A DNA stretch of 64,000 nt from an uncultured Rhodospirillaceae bacterium. Lineage in GTDB: Bacteria > Pseudomonadota > Alphaproteobacteria > MPNO01 > UBA2964. How positions within the stretch are numbered: the first letter of the stretch is position 1; every line of letters starts with the position of its first letter. Shown here in pieces: positions 1 to 9,679 of the stretch. The notes under the pieces are model-generated. The model was given only the letters and a program-made list of their open reading frames with translations, was not told the DNA's origin and searched no databases. The stretch is taken from positions 21,729 through 85,728 of the forward strand of contig CAZCKO010000003.1 in NCBI GenBank assembly GCA_964499275.1. The letters are read 5' to 3'. The position numbers and the translations under genes are program-made.

Positions 1-570
1 ATTTCCTGCCTCTATTTCTTTTAGAGTCGTACAAATCGTATGAGCCCCTAATTGTCCAAGTTTATCATGCAATATTTCTGCTGTGGTATCGGAATTGATC
101 GGGATACGTTCTTTTTTAAAGATGGGGCCTGTATCTAAACCTTCATCCATCTGCATAACAGATACACCGGTTTCTGTATCACCAGCCATAATGGCCCGCT
201 GGATAGGAGCCGCTCCGCGCCAACGGGGAAGTAATGATAAGTGTATATTAAGGCAGCCAAACCTAGGTCCAGCTAATATTGCCTTAGGTAATATAACTCC
301 GTAGGCCATCACGACAGCAATATCGGAATTAAGGTTGGAAAATACATTTTTTGACTTCAAAGTATCGAAATTTTCCGGTGTTAGCACATCAATCCCGTTT
401 TCCAATGCAAAGGAATGAATAGGCGACTGTTTCAGACGTTGGCCACGTCCCGAGGGTCTGGGCGGCTGACTATACACACAAACAATTTGATATCCGGCTT
501 CAATGAGGGCAGCAAGTGAAGGTACAGCTATTTCTGGGGTCCCCATAAAAACAACACGTTTATTAGTCAT
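1..570 (-). CDS. fmt: methionyl-tRNA formyltransferase, C-terminus truncated by window edge
   Basis: Reverse-strand translation from the ATG near 570 reads MTNKRVVFMGTPEIAVPSLAALIEAGYQIVCVYSQPPRPSGRGQ..., a typical Fmt N-terminus. It lies immediately downstream of def, the conserved def-fmt operon order. No stop occurs before the window edge. Confidence 0.85.
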   Translation of the reverse strand, partial: MTNKRVVFMGTPEIAVPSLAALIEAGYQIVCVYSQPPRPSGRGQRLKQSPIHSFALENGIDVLTPENFDTLKSKNVFSNLNSDIAVVMAYGVILPKAILAGPRFGCLNIHLSLLPRWRGAAPIQRAIMAGDTETGVSVMQMDEGLDTGPIFKKERIPINSDTTAEILHDKLGQLGAHTICTTLKEIEAGN

Positions 571-580
571 GACGTTAAAC

Positions 581-1093
581 TCAACGCTCCGCTTTTTTGA
601 GTTTTTTCATTTTGCGCAAGATTATGTCTCGTTTTAGTAGTGAAATCCGGTCAACAAATAGCTTACCATCAAGGTGGTCTATCTCATGTTGGATGCAAGT
701 GGACAAAAGGCCATCAGCATCAATCTCCTTTATTTCGTTATTGTAATCAAGATATCGGATACAGACCCTAGAAGGTCTTTCTACTTCTGCATATTGCTCC
801 GGAAATGACAAACAGCCCTCATCAAATATAACTAAATCATCTGATTGCTGAATTATTTCGGGATTTGCTAAATGGAGAGGAGCCCTTTCAGAATTTTGGT
901 CAGAAGCATCAACCACTATAACGCGTTTGTGAACAGAGACCTGTGGTGCAGCAAGACCAATACCAGGAGCATCGTACATAGTCTCCAGCATATCATCCAT
1001 CAGGACCCTCACTTGATCGTCAACCTCACTAACAGGCAAACAACGCTTCCTAAGTATTGGATCAGGAGCTTTTATAATTGCAAGAATTGCCAT
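581..1093 (-). CDS. def: peptide deformylase
   Basis: The 170-aa ORF carries the three PDF motifs GIGLAAPQ, EGCLS and HEIDH. Confidence 0.9.
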   Translation of the reverse strand: MAILAIIKAPDPILRKRCLPVSEVDDQVRVLMDDMLETMYDAPGIGLAAPQVSVHKRVIVVDASDQNSERAPLHLANPEIIQQSDDLVIFDEGCLSFPEQYAEVERPSRVCIRYLDYNNEIKEIDADGLLSTCIQHEIDHLDGKLFVDRISLLKRDIILRKMKKLKKAER

Positions 1094-1260
1094 CCCGCCA
1101 ATCTCACCTCCATATAGCGCAAGAGAAGATTAGGTATGACGAACCACTCTCCAGGTCAAGAACAGAGCACCATATTCGACAATCAGTTGATTCGCATTTG
1201 CCGTGGTATATTTCTATCGTTTAGGCCTTTTATTCCCAGCGAGTAGCGGAAGGGTTTTAT

Positions 1261-2385
1261 ATGGACTTAATATCAATCCTAGTTATTGCAGTGGGCAGTA
1301 TACTTGTAACAGGCTTGATCGTTTTATTATTACGTAAACCCCAGAATACGTCTAACCATCAGGTAGAATTAATTGGTCGTCTTGCGCAAATGGCTGATGC
1401 AAATGCATCACAACAAGCTCAGCTATCCGAGAGACTACAAGCGCAAGAACGTGCCTTAAGTAAAACTTTGGAGGATCGCCTAACGGCCCTGTCAAAACGT
1501 GTAAACGACAATTTACAGGAAAGTTCGACAAAAACCGGGGAAACTATGACAAAATTACAAGAACGTCTAGCCGTAATTGATGCAGCACAAAAAAACATAA
1601 CTGAACTATCAAGCCAAGTCGTAGGCCTACAAGATATATTATCAAATAAACAGGCGCGAGGTGCTTTCGGTGAGATACAACTTCAAGACCTTGTAAGAAG
1701 TGCACTACCACCCTCTTCATTTGAATTTCAGTCCACATTGAAAAATAATAGACGCGCAGATTGTCTTATCCACCTACCTAACCCTCCAGGCGCAATCGTA
1801 ATAGATGCAAAATTCCCGTTGGAAAGCTATCGAGCACTCCTTGAAGCAAAAGACGAACTAGGCCGTACTGTTGCGAGCCGCCGGTTCACCTTAGATGTAG
1901 GAAAACATATCAATGATATTGCCGAACGCTATATCATTCCCGGAGAGACAGCGGAATCCGCTCTTATGTTTCTGCCATCCGAAGCGGTTTATGCCGAGCT
2001 GCACGCTAATTTTACGAAGATAGTCGAATTATCATATTCGAAAAAAGTATGGATCGTTTCGCCAACAACCCTAATGGCAACACTTAATACTGTTCGGGCA
2101 ATTCTCAAGGATGCTAAAATGCAGGAACAAGCAGGACTAATTCAGACTGAAGTGCTGAAAATGCTTAAGGATCTAGCAAGGCTTGATCAACGTGTAGACA
2201 ACTTAGAAAAACATTTTGGGCAGGCAGAAAAAGATTTGAAAGAAATTCGCACCTCGACAGAAAAGGTTTCCAAGAGTGGAGAACGTATAACTGAGTTAGA
2301 ATTCGGCGAAAATAGCTCTAATGAGGAGAATCTCGGGCAAAGAAATGAGGATGGTATTACCCTCATTGATCAGGCGTACAATTAA
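1261..2385 (+). CDS. rmuC: DNA recombination protein RmuC
   Basis: 374 aa. An N-terminal transmembrane helix is followed by a long coiled-coil region rich in Q/E/L, then a conserved RmuC C-terminal domain. Confidence 0.75.
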   Translation: MDLISILVIAVGSILVTGLIVLLLRKPQNTSNHQVELIGRLAQMADANASQQAQLSERLQAQERALSKTLEDRLTALSKRVNDNLQESSTKTGETMTKLQERLAVIDAAQKNITELSSQVVGLQDILSNKQARGAFGEIQLQDLVRSALPPSSFEFQSTLKNNRRADCLIHLPNPPGAIVIDAKFPLESYRALLEAKDELGRTVASRRFTLDVGKHINDIAERYIIPGETAESALMFLPSEAVYAELHANFTKIVELSYSKKVWIVSPTTLMATLNTVRAILKDAKMQEQAGLIQTEVLKMLKDLARLDQRVDNLEKHFGQAEKDLKEIRTSTEKVSKSGERITELEFGENSSNEENLGQRNEDGITLIDQAYN

Positions 2386-2420
2386 AATACTCAGCCCCAC
2401 AGTTAATAAACGTTAGCCAT

Positions 2421-3014
2421 CTAAATAACACGGCGAGCCTTCAATGCCGCCGAAAGAGTGCCATCATCAAGATAATCTAGTTCGCCTCCCACCGGTACCC
2501 CATGAGCTAATTTTGAGATTTTTACGCTACTACTCAATAACCGCTCGGCTACATAGTGGGCTGTCGTCTGTCCATCAACAGTTGCCGATGTAGCCAGAAT
2601 AACTTCATCAACATCTTTAGAACTTGCGCGGCTCAACAAATTCGTAATAGATAAATCTTCGGGGCCAACCCCATCCAATGCCGATAATGTCCCCCCCAGT
2701 ACATGATAGAGCCCCCTGAACGAAGATGTTCTTTCAAGGGCCCAAAGATCAGCGACATCTTCTACTACACATATGACAGAACCATCGCGTTTAGAGTTTG
2801 TGCAAATAGAGCAGGGATCAAGAACATCAATATTTGAACAAATATTACAGGTTTTGATTGCATTGGCGACGTCATGTAGCGACTTGGTTAAAGGAACCAT
2901 CAAACTTTCCCGTCGCTTTATTAAAAATAATACAGCCCGTCTCGCAGATCTCGGGCCTAAGCCCGGCAGGCGTGCAATTAATTTAACAAGATCATCAATC
3001 CCACCAACAGCCAT
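2421..3014 (-). CDS. recR: recombination protein RecR
   Basis: 197 aa with a helix-hairpin-helix N-terminus ([15 protein letters not shown]), a C4 zinc finger (CNICSNI...CSICTN) and a Toprim domain. Sits in the conserved dnaX-ybaB-recR order. Confidence 0.9.
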   Translation of the reverse strand: MAVGGIDDLVKLIARLPGLGPRSARRAVLFLIKRRESLMVPLTKSLHDVANAIKTCNICSNIDVLDPCSICTNSKRDGSVICVVEDVADLWALERTSSFRGLYHVLGGTLSALDGVGPEDLSITNLLSRASSKDVDEVILATSATVDGQTTAHYVAERLLSSSVKISKLAHGVPVGGELDYLDDGTLSAALKARRVI

Positions 3015-3050
3015 TAAAAAATACCCTCATAAAACACCTATTCAATGAAA

Positions 3051-3374
3051 TCAGGTCGGTAAGCTAAAACCGGGGGGCAGGTTAAGACCACCAGTAATTT
3101 TAGACATCTCCTCAGATACACGGACTTCAACCTTTGCTTTAGCATCGGAAAATGCTGCGACGATAAGATCCTCAACAATTTCCGAATCATCGGCGTTAAA
3201 TAAAGAAGCATCAATATTCAGACCAAGCATTTCACCCTTACCATTGAGCGTTACAGTCACCATTCCCGCGCCAGAAGTGCCGGAAACTTGGAGATCAACC
3301 ATTTTTTCCTGCATCTCTTGCATTTTTGTCTGGACTTCCTGTGCCTGTTTCATCATTTGGCCGAGGTTTTTCAT
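3051..3374 (-). CDS. ybaB: nucleoid-associated protein YbaB/EbfC
   Basis: 107 aa. N-terminus MKNLGQMMKQAQEVQTKMQEMQEKM is typical of YbaB. Located between dnaX and recR. Confidence 0.9.
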   Translation of the reverse strand: MKNLGQMMKQAQEVQTKMQEMQEKMVDLQVSGTSGAGMVTVTLNGKGEMLGLNIDASLFNADDSEIVEDLIVAAFSDAKAKVEVRVSEEMSKITGGLNLPPGFSLPT

Positions 3375-3409
3375 AACATTGCCTTTTTAAATTTTACGGT
3401 TTTATTACG

Positions 3410-5221
3410 TTAATCTTCAGGTTCTTTAGTACCACTTTCCAAATGGTCTTCCGTCCCTTGTTCGACAACCGCTTCAACGGTTGCCCCAGGGAACGTTTCC
3501 ATGACCGCTTGAACTTGTGGGTGCTTAGTTGCCTTGTCTAGCTTCGCCGCTTTTGATATCTGAATTTGTTCTTGAAGGGTCGGGTCGCCTTGCTTATCTG
3601 ACAAGCTCACCAGCCATTGATTACTGGTCCATTCGCTGAGGAGACTGCTCACCCGTGTTGCCAAATCAGGTGGGGCCTGTTGCTCCGTCCGTATGGCTAT
3701 ATGGCCAACTTCAAACCGCACCAAATGAACTTGATTAAATAGAATAGAGTGTAAAAACGCTTCTCTTCGTTCTTCAAACATTGCAACAATATCTTCAAAA
3801 GTTTGATCAGCAATCGGTACCGGCTTTTCTTTAGTGGGCACTGCTAACTCTAGCTTATCTGGCGCGTCTAAATCATTTTCATCTTCAACTTGTTGCGAAA
3901 TTAAATCTGGCTGCGCAATATTTTTTACTTTCAGGACCCCAGATTTGTCAGATACTCCGAGACTTTGTGAGGGTGTATCGAGTACATTCCTATTTACTTC
4001 TAAAATTCGTGCGCTATCAGAATGTCCATTTGTATCATTATCTTCTAATTTCCGAATCAAATCGGCTGGCGTGGGTAAATCTGCCATATAAGTAAGTCTG
4101 ATTAGAACCATTTCTACAGCCTGCGACGAATTGGATAGGCTCTGTACTTCATCAATTCCCTTTAACAAAAGTTGCCAAGTGCGGCCAAGTATTGGAACTG
4201 TTAGTAATTCGGAGAGTTTAAGTCCTCTATCACGATCTATCTGGGCAACACCCGCTCCTTTAGCTGCAGCAGGGGAGAGCTTGATGCGTGTCAACCAATG
4301 TGTAAGCTTTAATAGATCCTGAAGAACTACAATGGGATCAGCACCAGAGTCATACATGTTGTTGAAAATGGTTAAAGCCTTGTCGACAGCGCCTTTCATC
4401 ACCGCCTCAAAAATGTCATAAATCAACCCCACATCAGCGAGACCAAGCATTTCACGGACTTCATCCTCTAAAACCTCTCCGTCCTCAGTAATACCCGCGT
4501 GAGCAATAGCTTGATCCAATAGGGATAAACCATCTCTTACGGATCCATCAGCCGCATTAGCAATCAACTCAATTGCCACCGGAGAGATTTTCACCTTCTC
4601 TTGTTTTGCAACCGAATTAAAATGATCAATCAACGTTTCGACATCCACTCTCCTTAGATCAAATCTTTGACAACGAGATAAAACTGTAACAGGGATTTTT
4701 CTTGTTTCCGTTGTGGCGAAAATAAATTTTACATGTTCCGGGGGCTCTTCCAAAGTCTTCAATAGCGCGTTAAAAGCGCTGGAGGACAACATGTGAACTT
4801 CGTCAATAATATAGATCTTAAATCGTGCATCGACAGGTCGATACCTGACCCCCTCTATAAGCTCTCTAATATCATTCACGCCAGTGCGGCTAGCCGCATC
4901 CATTTCAACAACGTCAACATGACGATCTTCCGTAATTGCTTTACAATGCGGACAAACGCCACATGATTTTGATGTAGGCCCACTATTTCCATCTACTCCA
5001 ACGCAATTCAGTGCCCTTGCAATAATGCGCGCAGTGCTTGTTTTTCCAACTCCTCTGACACCGGTAAGTATGAAAGCATGGGGCAACCTATCAGCATGAA
5101 TTGCATTTGTGAGTGTCCGCACCATTGATTCCTGGCCTATCAACTCTGAAAAGGTTCTAGGGCGATATTTTCGAGCAAGCACCCTATAAGGTTGCACGGG
5201 GGTATTTTCTTCAGCTGACAC
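3410..5221 (-). CDS. dnaX: DNA polymerase III subunits gamma/tau
   Basis: 603 aa. AAA+ Walker A GVRGVGKTST, zinc module CGVCPHC, clamp-loader sensor motifs. Upstream of ybaB-recR. Confidence 0.9.
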   Translation of the reverse strand: MSAEENTPVQPYRVLARKYRPRTFSELIGQESMVRTLTNAIHADRLPHAFILTGVRGVGKTSTARIIARALNCVGVDGNSGPTSKSCGVCPHCKAITEDRHVDVVEMDAASRTGVNDIRELIEGVRYRPVDARFKIYIIDEVHMLSSSAFNALLKTLEEPPEHVKFIFATTETRKIPVTVLSRCQRFDLRRVDVETLIDHFNSVAKQEKVKISPVAIELIANAADGSVRDGLSLLDQAIAHAGITEDGEVLEDEVREMLGLADVGLIYDIFEAVMKGAVDKALTIFNNMYDSGADPIVVLQDLLKLTHWLTRIKLSPAAAKGAGVAQIDRDRGLKLSELLTVPILGRTWQLLLKGIDEVQSLSNSSQAVEMVLIRLTYMADLPTPADLIRKLEDNDTNGHSDSARILEVNRNVLDTPSQSLGVSDKSGVLKVKNIAQPDLISQQVEDENDLDAPDKLELAVPTKEKPVPIADQTFEDIVAMFEERREAFLHSILFNQVHLVRFEVGHIAIRTEQQAPPDLATRVSSLLSEWTSNQWLVSLSDKQGDPTLQEQIQISKAAKLDKATKHPQVQAVMETFPGATVEAVVEQGTEDHLESGTKEPED

Positions 5222-5280
5222 GATTACCAGTCTCCAATTTTTCCTTCTTTCAAATGCAATTTCTCAAACTTCAACACCAT

Positions 5281-5386
5281 GGTGGGAGGCTGGACCGATG
5301 ACCCGAGAAAAACTCGTTACGGCTGCTTCCTTCCGGACCTGACCGGGTTGGCGAGGATCCCGTCCATCGCCAACCTCCCAACCCTA
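5281..5386 (-). ncRNA. ffs: signal recognition particle RNA (4.5S RNA); coordinates approximate
   Basis: The minus-strand sequence contains CCCGGTCAGGTCCGGAAGGAAGCAGCC, which matches the universally conserved SRP RNA domain IV. Flanking arms GGTTGGGAGGTTGG and CCAGCCTCCCACC can pair into the terminal helix. It sits directly upstream of dnaX, the classic ffs-dnaX-ybaB-recR synteny. Confidence 0.75.
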
Positions 5387-5475
5387 CTATATCAGGATTT
5401 TGTCTTTCTCCCCAAGACGGTAAACGTTTTTGATACAACATTGCGTCAATAGGTCCTCTATGCGAGGTTAGAATT

Positions 5476-6396
5476 ATGAAATCACCAAACTTTTTTGCAG
5501 AAACTGGCCTAAATCGCATGGCTGAGCGCCGCACTGATTCGGTTTGGATAAGAAAACAGGAAGAAAAGGAAGACGCTGTCGTTCTACCAGTATGGCGAAC
5601 CCGCAATCTTATCAACAACACATCTGGGATCCCACAGCTTGTCCGCCTGAAAATGAAAACAGTCAAAAAAATTGTAGACGAAAACACGCACCTTGTCTTT
5701 CTGGGCTATCGCGGCGATGTCCCATATTTTTCAGTAGATATTTCTTACATAGACGACCCGCAGGCAAACCCCGAACTCAGAGGTATTGGTGATTTTACCG
5801 ATATTAGAGAGGTCAGCCTCGATTTACCGCGAGAAGATGGTGGCCTTCTCGCATATTCTCGGGCCATTGCTCAATGGCATAGAACGCACAAATTTTGCGG
5901 TCGTTGTGGCAGTCCCTCTGTGCCAAGGGATGGGGGACACATGCGCCAATGCACCAACGAAATTTGTAAGTCTCAGCATTTCCCAAGAACCGACATGGCC
6001 GTTATCATGCTTGTAAGTTCAGGTGATAAAATCATTTTAGGACGTAAAAAGGATTGGCCGGAAGATCGCTTCTCTATTCTGGCAGGATTTGTTGAACCAG
6101 GGGAAACCATAGAGAGTGCGGTGGCAAGAGAAGTAATGGAAGAAGTCGGTATACCCATTACAAACATCAAATATCACTCTTCACAGCCTTGGCCCTACCC
6201 TTCCAACCTGATGCTTGGTTTTTTTGCGGAAGCGCTTAGCAATGAAATTCGTATTACTGATGACGAACTTGCGGAGGCGCGTTGGTTTACCCGCGACGAG
6301 CTTATTGATGAAGCAAAGGCTTACAAAAAAAAACCGCATTCGATCTCAATTGCCAGACGCCTAATTGCCGAATGGGCATTAGGAATCGAATATTAG
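5476..6396 (+). CDS. nudC: NAD+ diphosphatase (Nudix hydrolase with zinc ribbon, NudC family)
   Basis: 306 aa. Zinc ribbon CGRCGSP...CTNEICK is followed by a Nudix box (GFVEPGETIESAVAREVMEEVG). Confidence 0.75.
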   Translation: MKSPNFFAETGLNRMAERRTDSVWIRKQEEKEDAVVLPVWRTRNLINNTSGIPQLVRLKMKTVKKIVDENTHLVFLGYRGDVPYFSVDISYIDDPQANPELRGIGDFTDIREVSLDLPREDGGLLAYSRAIAQWHRTHKFCGRCGSPSVPRDGGHMRQCTNEICKSQHFPRTDMAVIMLVSSGDKIILGRKKDWPEDRFSILAGFVEPGETIESAVAREVMEEVGIPITNIKYHSSQPWPYPSNLMLGFFAEALSNEIRITDDELAEARWFTRDELIDEAKAYKKKPHSISIARRLIAEWALGIEY

Positions 6397-6416
6397 TCAG
6401 ACAAGAAATATTTATA

Positions 6417-7274
6417 CTAACCTTGTTGCCGATAAGCAGCCGCTGGATAAGTACCAAGGATCCGGATTTCATCAGAGAAAAATCTTAGCTCTTCCAACGC
6501 GAGTTTCAAATTTTTATCCTCAGGATGGCCTTCCACATCTGCGAAAAACTGCGTTGCATTAAAGGTACCATCAACCATGTAACTTTCCAGCTTAGTAATA
6601 TTTACCCCATTGGTGGCAAAACCGCCTAATGACTTGAATAGTGCAGCAGGGACGTTCCTAACCCGAAACACAAAGCTGGTTACCAACTTCCCAGAACCGC
6701 GTCGTTGTTTTTCTGGCCTTCGGGCCAAAACAACAAAACGTGTTGTATTATGATCAGCATCTTCGATATTTGCTCTCAAAGACTTTAGACCATAAATCTC
6801 ACCAGCAAGTTTTGAAGCGATCGCCGCCTCTTTTGGATCGCCACGTTCGGCAAGTTCTTTAGCAGCACCAGCGGTATCGGCATGGACAATCGCTTCAAGG
6901 TTTAGCTTCTGGATCATAGCACGACATTGCGCCAAAGCGTGTACATGACTTCGAACCAGACGTAGGGTCTTGATGTTTGCACCCCTGGGTACTAGCAAGT
7001 GATGGTTAACCCGCATAAAATACTCTCTTACAATGAACAAACCAGAATCAGGCATTAGGCGATGTATATCGGCCACTCGCCCCGCCACTGAATTTTCGAT
7101 TGGCGTCATAGCAAATTTTGCTTTTCTGCTTTGTACAACGGCAAACATATCCTCAAAGGTTTGTGTCGGAAGTGCATGCATATCTGGATAAACCTCACGA
7201 CAGGCGAGGTGTGAATAAGCACCAGGTAAACCCTGAAAAACAACAGTATTAGATGGTTTTTTTGGAGTTGCCAT
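6417..7274 (-). CDS. pheA: prephenate dehydratase
   Basis: 285 aa. PDT domain (VVFQGLPGAYSH) plus a C-terminal ACT domain. Confidence 0.85.
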   Translation of the reverse strand: MATPKKPSNTVVFQGLPGAYSHLACREVYPDMHALPTQTFEDMFAVVQSRKAKFAMTPIENSVAGRVADIHRLMPDSGLFIVREYFMRVNHHLLVPRGANIKTLRLVRSHVHALAQCRAMIQKLNLEAIVHADTAGAAKELAERGDPKEAAIASKLAGEIYGLKSLRANIEDADHNTTRFVVLARRPEKQRRGSGKLVTSFVFRVRNVPAALFKSLGGFATNGVNITKLESYMVDGTFNATQFFADVEGHPEDKNLKLALEELRFFSDEIRILGTYPAAAYRQQG

Positions 7275-7297
7275 AATTTGCGTTGCCTATTTTTGGT

Positions 7298-8044
7298 CTA
7301 TGTTTCCAGTTGCCTTCGGACCCGTTCCAAATCAGTTGGAGTATCGACACCGTCTGGGACAGTGTCAACGAGGCTAACGTCTATTCGCATTCCTGCCTCT
7401 AATGCTCTCAACTGTTCTAATTTTTCCCGTTTTTCGAGGATACTTTCGGGCAAAGCAACAAATTTTTCTAGCGCATCACGTCGATAAGCATATATACCAA
7501 TGTGATGATAATGGGGTCCCTCCCCCGCAGGCACAATAACCCGGCTAAAGTAGATTGCGCGCCCTATCTCCTCGCCTGGAGCAAACCCTATAGCTACCTT
7601 AACGATGTTACGATCTTCTTTTTTGGAGTTATGACGAATTTTATTTGCAAGAGTACCAATATCTACCGATGGATTATTTAATGGTCTTAGTACGGTCCGT
7701 ATAATTTTCGGATCAATTAATGGAAGGTCACCTTGTAAATTGACTATTACGTCGTATTTACCCTCAGGATCGAACTTTTGAAGTGCGCTGAAAACCCTAT
7801 CGGACCCACTTGGTAGACCGGGATCGGTTAAAATTGCCTGCCCACCTGCCCTTTCAACGACCTCTGCAATATCTTGGTCTCCGCATGCTACGACAACCGG
7901 TCCAACACCGCTTTGTTCAGCGCGGTTTAGAACATGCAAAATCATTGGTTTATCAACAATTACTGCAAGCGGCTTATTTGGAAGACGCGTTGAATCTAAA
8001 CGTGCAGGTATTATTATAACGGGGTTCAAGTAATTCACTTCCAA
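7298..8044 (-). CDS. kdsB: 3-deoxy-manno-octulosonate cytidylyltransferase
   Basis: 248 aa. N-terminal IIIPARLDSTRLPNKPL is the CMP-KDO synthetase signature. Confidence 0.85.
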   Translation of the reverse strand: MEVNYLNPVIIIPARLDSTRLPNKPLAVIVDKPMILHVLNRAEQSGVGPVVVACGDQDIAEVVERAGGQAILTDPGLPSGSDRVFSALQKFDPEGKYDVIVNLQGDLPLIDPKIIRTVLRPLNNPSVDIGTLANKIRHNSKKEDRNIVKVAIGFAPGEEIGRAIYFSRVIVPAGEGPHYHHIGIYAYRRDALEKFVALPESILEKREKLEQLRALEAGMRIDVSLVDTVPDGVDTPTDLERVRRQLET

Positions 8045-8217
8045 ATTTATTTATGAGAGTTATCTGCCTATCCCTGGTTCAGAATTCATATGCGGCAACA
8101 TGCCACGTCGCCAAGTGGCACAGATTGAAAGGAATATCAATCTATTAGCATGAGTGCTATAGTTTTCGACAACATTTTAATGTTAAAATTTGGTTTATTA
8201 CGCACTGAGTACATAAA

Positions 8218-8742
8218 ATGTCTTCTTTTGAAATTAATAAACTTGTCGGCGCTGTTTTGGCTGTCGCACTGGTTGTAGTGGTTATTGGAATGATTGGCGA
8301 TGTGTTAGTAAAGCCAAAAAACCATGATAGCGCTACAATCGTCTCAGCTGCCCCGGTTGTAGTTGCCAAAAAAGAGAAAAAACAGCTCGACCCAATTGGC
8401 CCTATGCTTGCCAATTCGGATATTGCAAAAGGAAGAAAAATCGCCAATCAATGTGGAAGTTGCCATACCTTTAATAAGGGTGGAAAAAATAAAATTGGAC
8501 CTGCCCTTTGGCAGGTAGTGGGCCGCGATATGGGTGGCGTTGCAAGTTATAAATATTCATCAGCTATGAAAGCAATGAAGAAAAATTGGGGATACGAGGA
8601 ACTTAACGCCTTCCTCATCAAACCGAAGAAATTTATCAAAGGCACCAAAATGGCCTATATAGGACTCAAAAAAGCGACTGACCGCGCTAATTTGATCGGC
8701 TTCCTGCGGTCCCTGAGTGATTCACCTAAGCCATTACCTTAA
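8218..8742 (+). CDS. membrane-anchored class I cytochrome c (CycM-like)
   Basis: 174 aa. An N-terminal TM anchor and a Lys/Ala/Pro-rich linker precede a cytochrome c domain with heme motif CGSCH and a distal Met. Confidence 0.75.
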   Translation: MSSFEINKLVGAVLAVALVVVVIGMIGDVLVKPKNHDSATIVSAAPVVVAKKEKKQLDPIGPMLANSDIAKGRKIANQCGSCHTFNKGGKNKIGPALWQVVGRDMGGVASYKYSSAMKAMKKNWGYEELNAFLIKPKKFIKGTKMAYIGLKKATDRANLIGFLRSLSDSPKPLP

Positions 8743-8889
8743 TCAAAATTAGTAAATTTGGTGTCTCTACGGCTGACAGTTATAATCGCGATTGATATGA
8801 TTAGTTTTAGTATGCTTTTTAACTAGCTGTTATAAGGATGGGCTTTGAACGGCCCACCTTTCATCTTAATTTTCGGTAAGGCCCGGATT

Positions 8890-9669
8890 ATGTCTATTTC
8901 GTGTCCCCAAGAATTGGTTAAGTTTTCTAACGTACTTGCTGATATAGCTAGACCTATCGTGCTTAGCCATTTTCGAAAAACTATCTCTGTTGACATAAAG
9001 TCTGATCAAACCCCCGTTAGTGCTGCCGACCGAGATGCCGAGGTGGCGATACGGCAATTAATTTCCGAAATGTATCCGGATCACGGCATTTTGGGAGAAG
9101 AACAGGGCGTAAAAAATCCAAAAGCGGAATATCTATGGGTAATAGATCCAATTGATGGAACAAAGTCTTACCTCGCTGGAAAACCTATGTTCGGGACACT
9201 TATAGGGCTCGCTCACCGAGGTCGCCCTATATTGGGTATTATCGATCAACCCTTTCTGAAGGAACGCTGGCAGGGAGCCATCGGCTATAAAACGATATAT
9301 AATAACTCTGAGGTCACCACACGGACGTGCCCCGATCTTGCAAAGGCAGCCCTAAACGCTACATCGCCCAGTATGTTCAGCCAAAAAAAGGATAGAAAAT
9401 TTTTCAAACTATCAGAGCAAGTCTTAATGACGATGTATGGCGGCGACTGCTATGCCTATGGTTTGTTAGCGAATGGTTATATTGATTTGGTCGTTGAAGC
9501 AGATTTAAAACCATACGACTTTTGTGCATTGGTTCCTATAATTATTGGTGCTGGGGGTGCCATTACAGACTGGCAGGGTAAAGCGATCGATATGAATTCA
9601 GATGGTCGTATCATCGCCTCAGGTGATCCGAAAATGATATCGCAAGTGACTAAGATATTGACCGGATAG
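8890..9669 (+). CDS. inositol monophosphatase family protein (possibly HisN-type histidinol-phosphatase)
   Basis: IMPase motifs WVIDPIDGT and GEEQG. The ORF track starts at 8845, but an internal ATG (MSISCPQ..., near 8890) fits the family N-terminus better. Only about 10 bp separate its stop from yejA. Confidence 0.65.
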   Translation: MSISCPQELVKFSNVLADIARPIVLSHFRKTISVDIKSDQTPVSAADRDAEVAIRQLISEMYPDHGILGEEQGVKNPKAEYLWVIDPIDGTKSYLAGKPMFGTLIGLAHRGRPILGIIDQPFLKERWQGAIGYKTIYNNSEVTTRTCPDLAKAALNATSPSMFSQKKDRKFFKLSEQVLMTMYGGDCYAYGLLANGYIDLVVEADLKPYDFCALVPIIIGAGGAITDWQGKAIDMNSDGRIIASGDPKMISQVTKILTG

Positions 9670-9679
9670 GCCATAAATC

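Noticed and set aside
5271-5687. 138-aa minus-strand ORF and the 82-aa plus ORF at 5544..5792 overlapping the dnaX upstream region
   Set aside because: They overlap the SRP RNA gene and the start of nudC. Low-complexity, Arg/Ser-rich translation with no domain resemblance. Explained by ffs plus the nudC 5' region.
8095-8125. Inverted repeat TGCCAC-N8-GTGGCA in the kdsB / cytochrome c divergent intergenic region
   Set aside because: Single short dyad without partner sites and no recognisable regulator motif. Could occur by chance.
8157-8447. 96-aa minus-strand ORF antisense to the cytochrome c gene start
   Set aside because: Antisense shadow ORF of a well-supported gene. Low-complexity Thr/Ile/Ala-rich sequence.
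8800-8860. Short hairpin TGGGCTTTGAACGGCCCA followed by a T-rich stretch after the cytochrome c gene
   Set aside because: A 5-bp stem with an 8-nt loop is weak. It could equally be part of the IMPase gene promoter or leader. Left unannotated.
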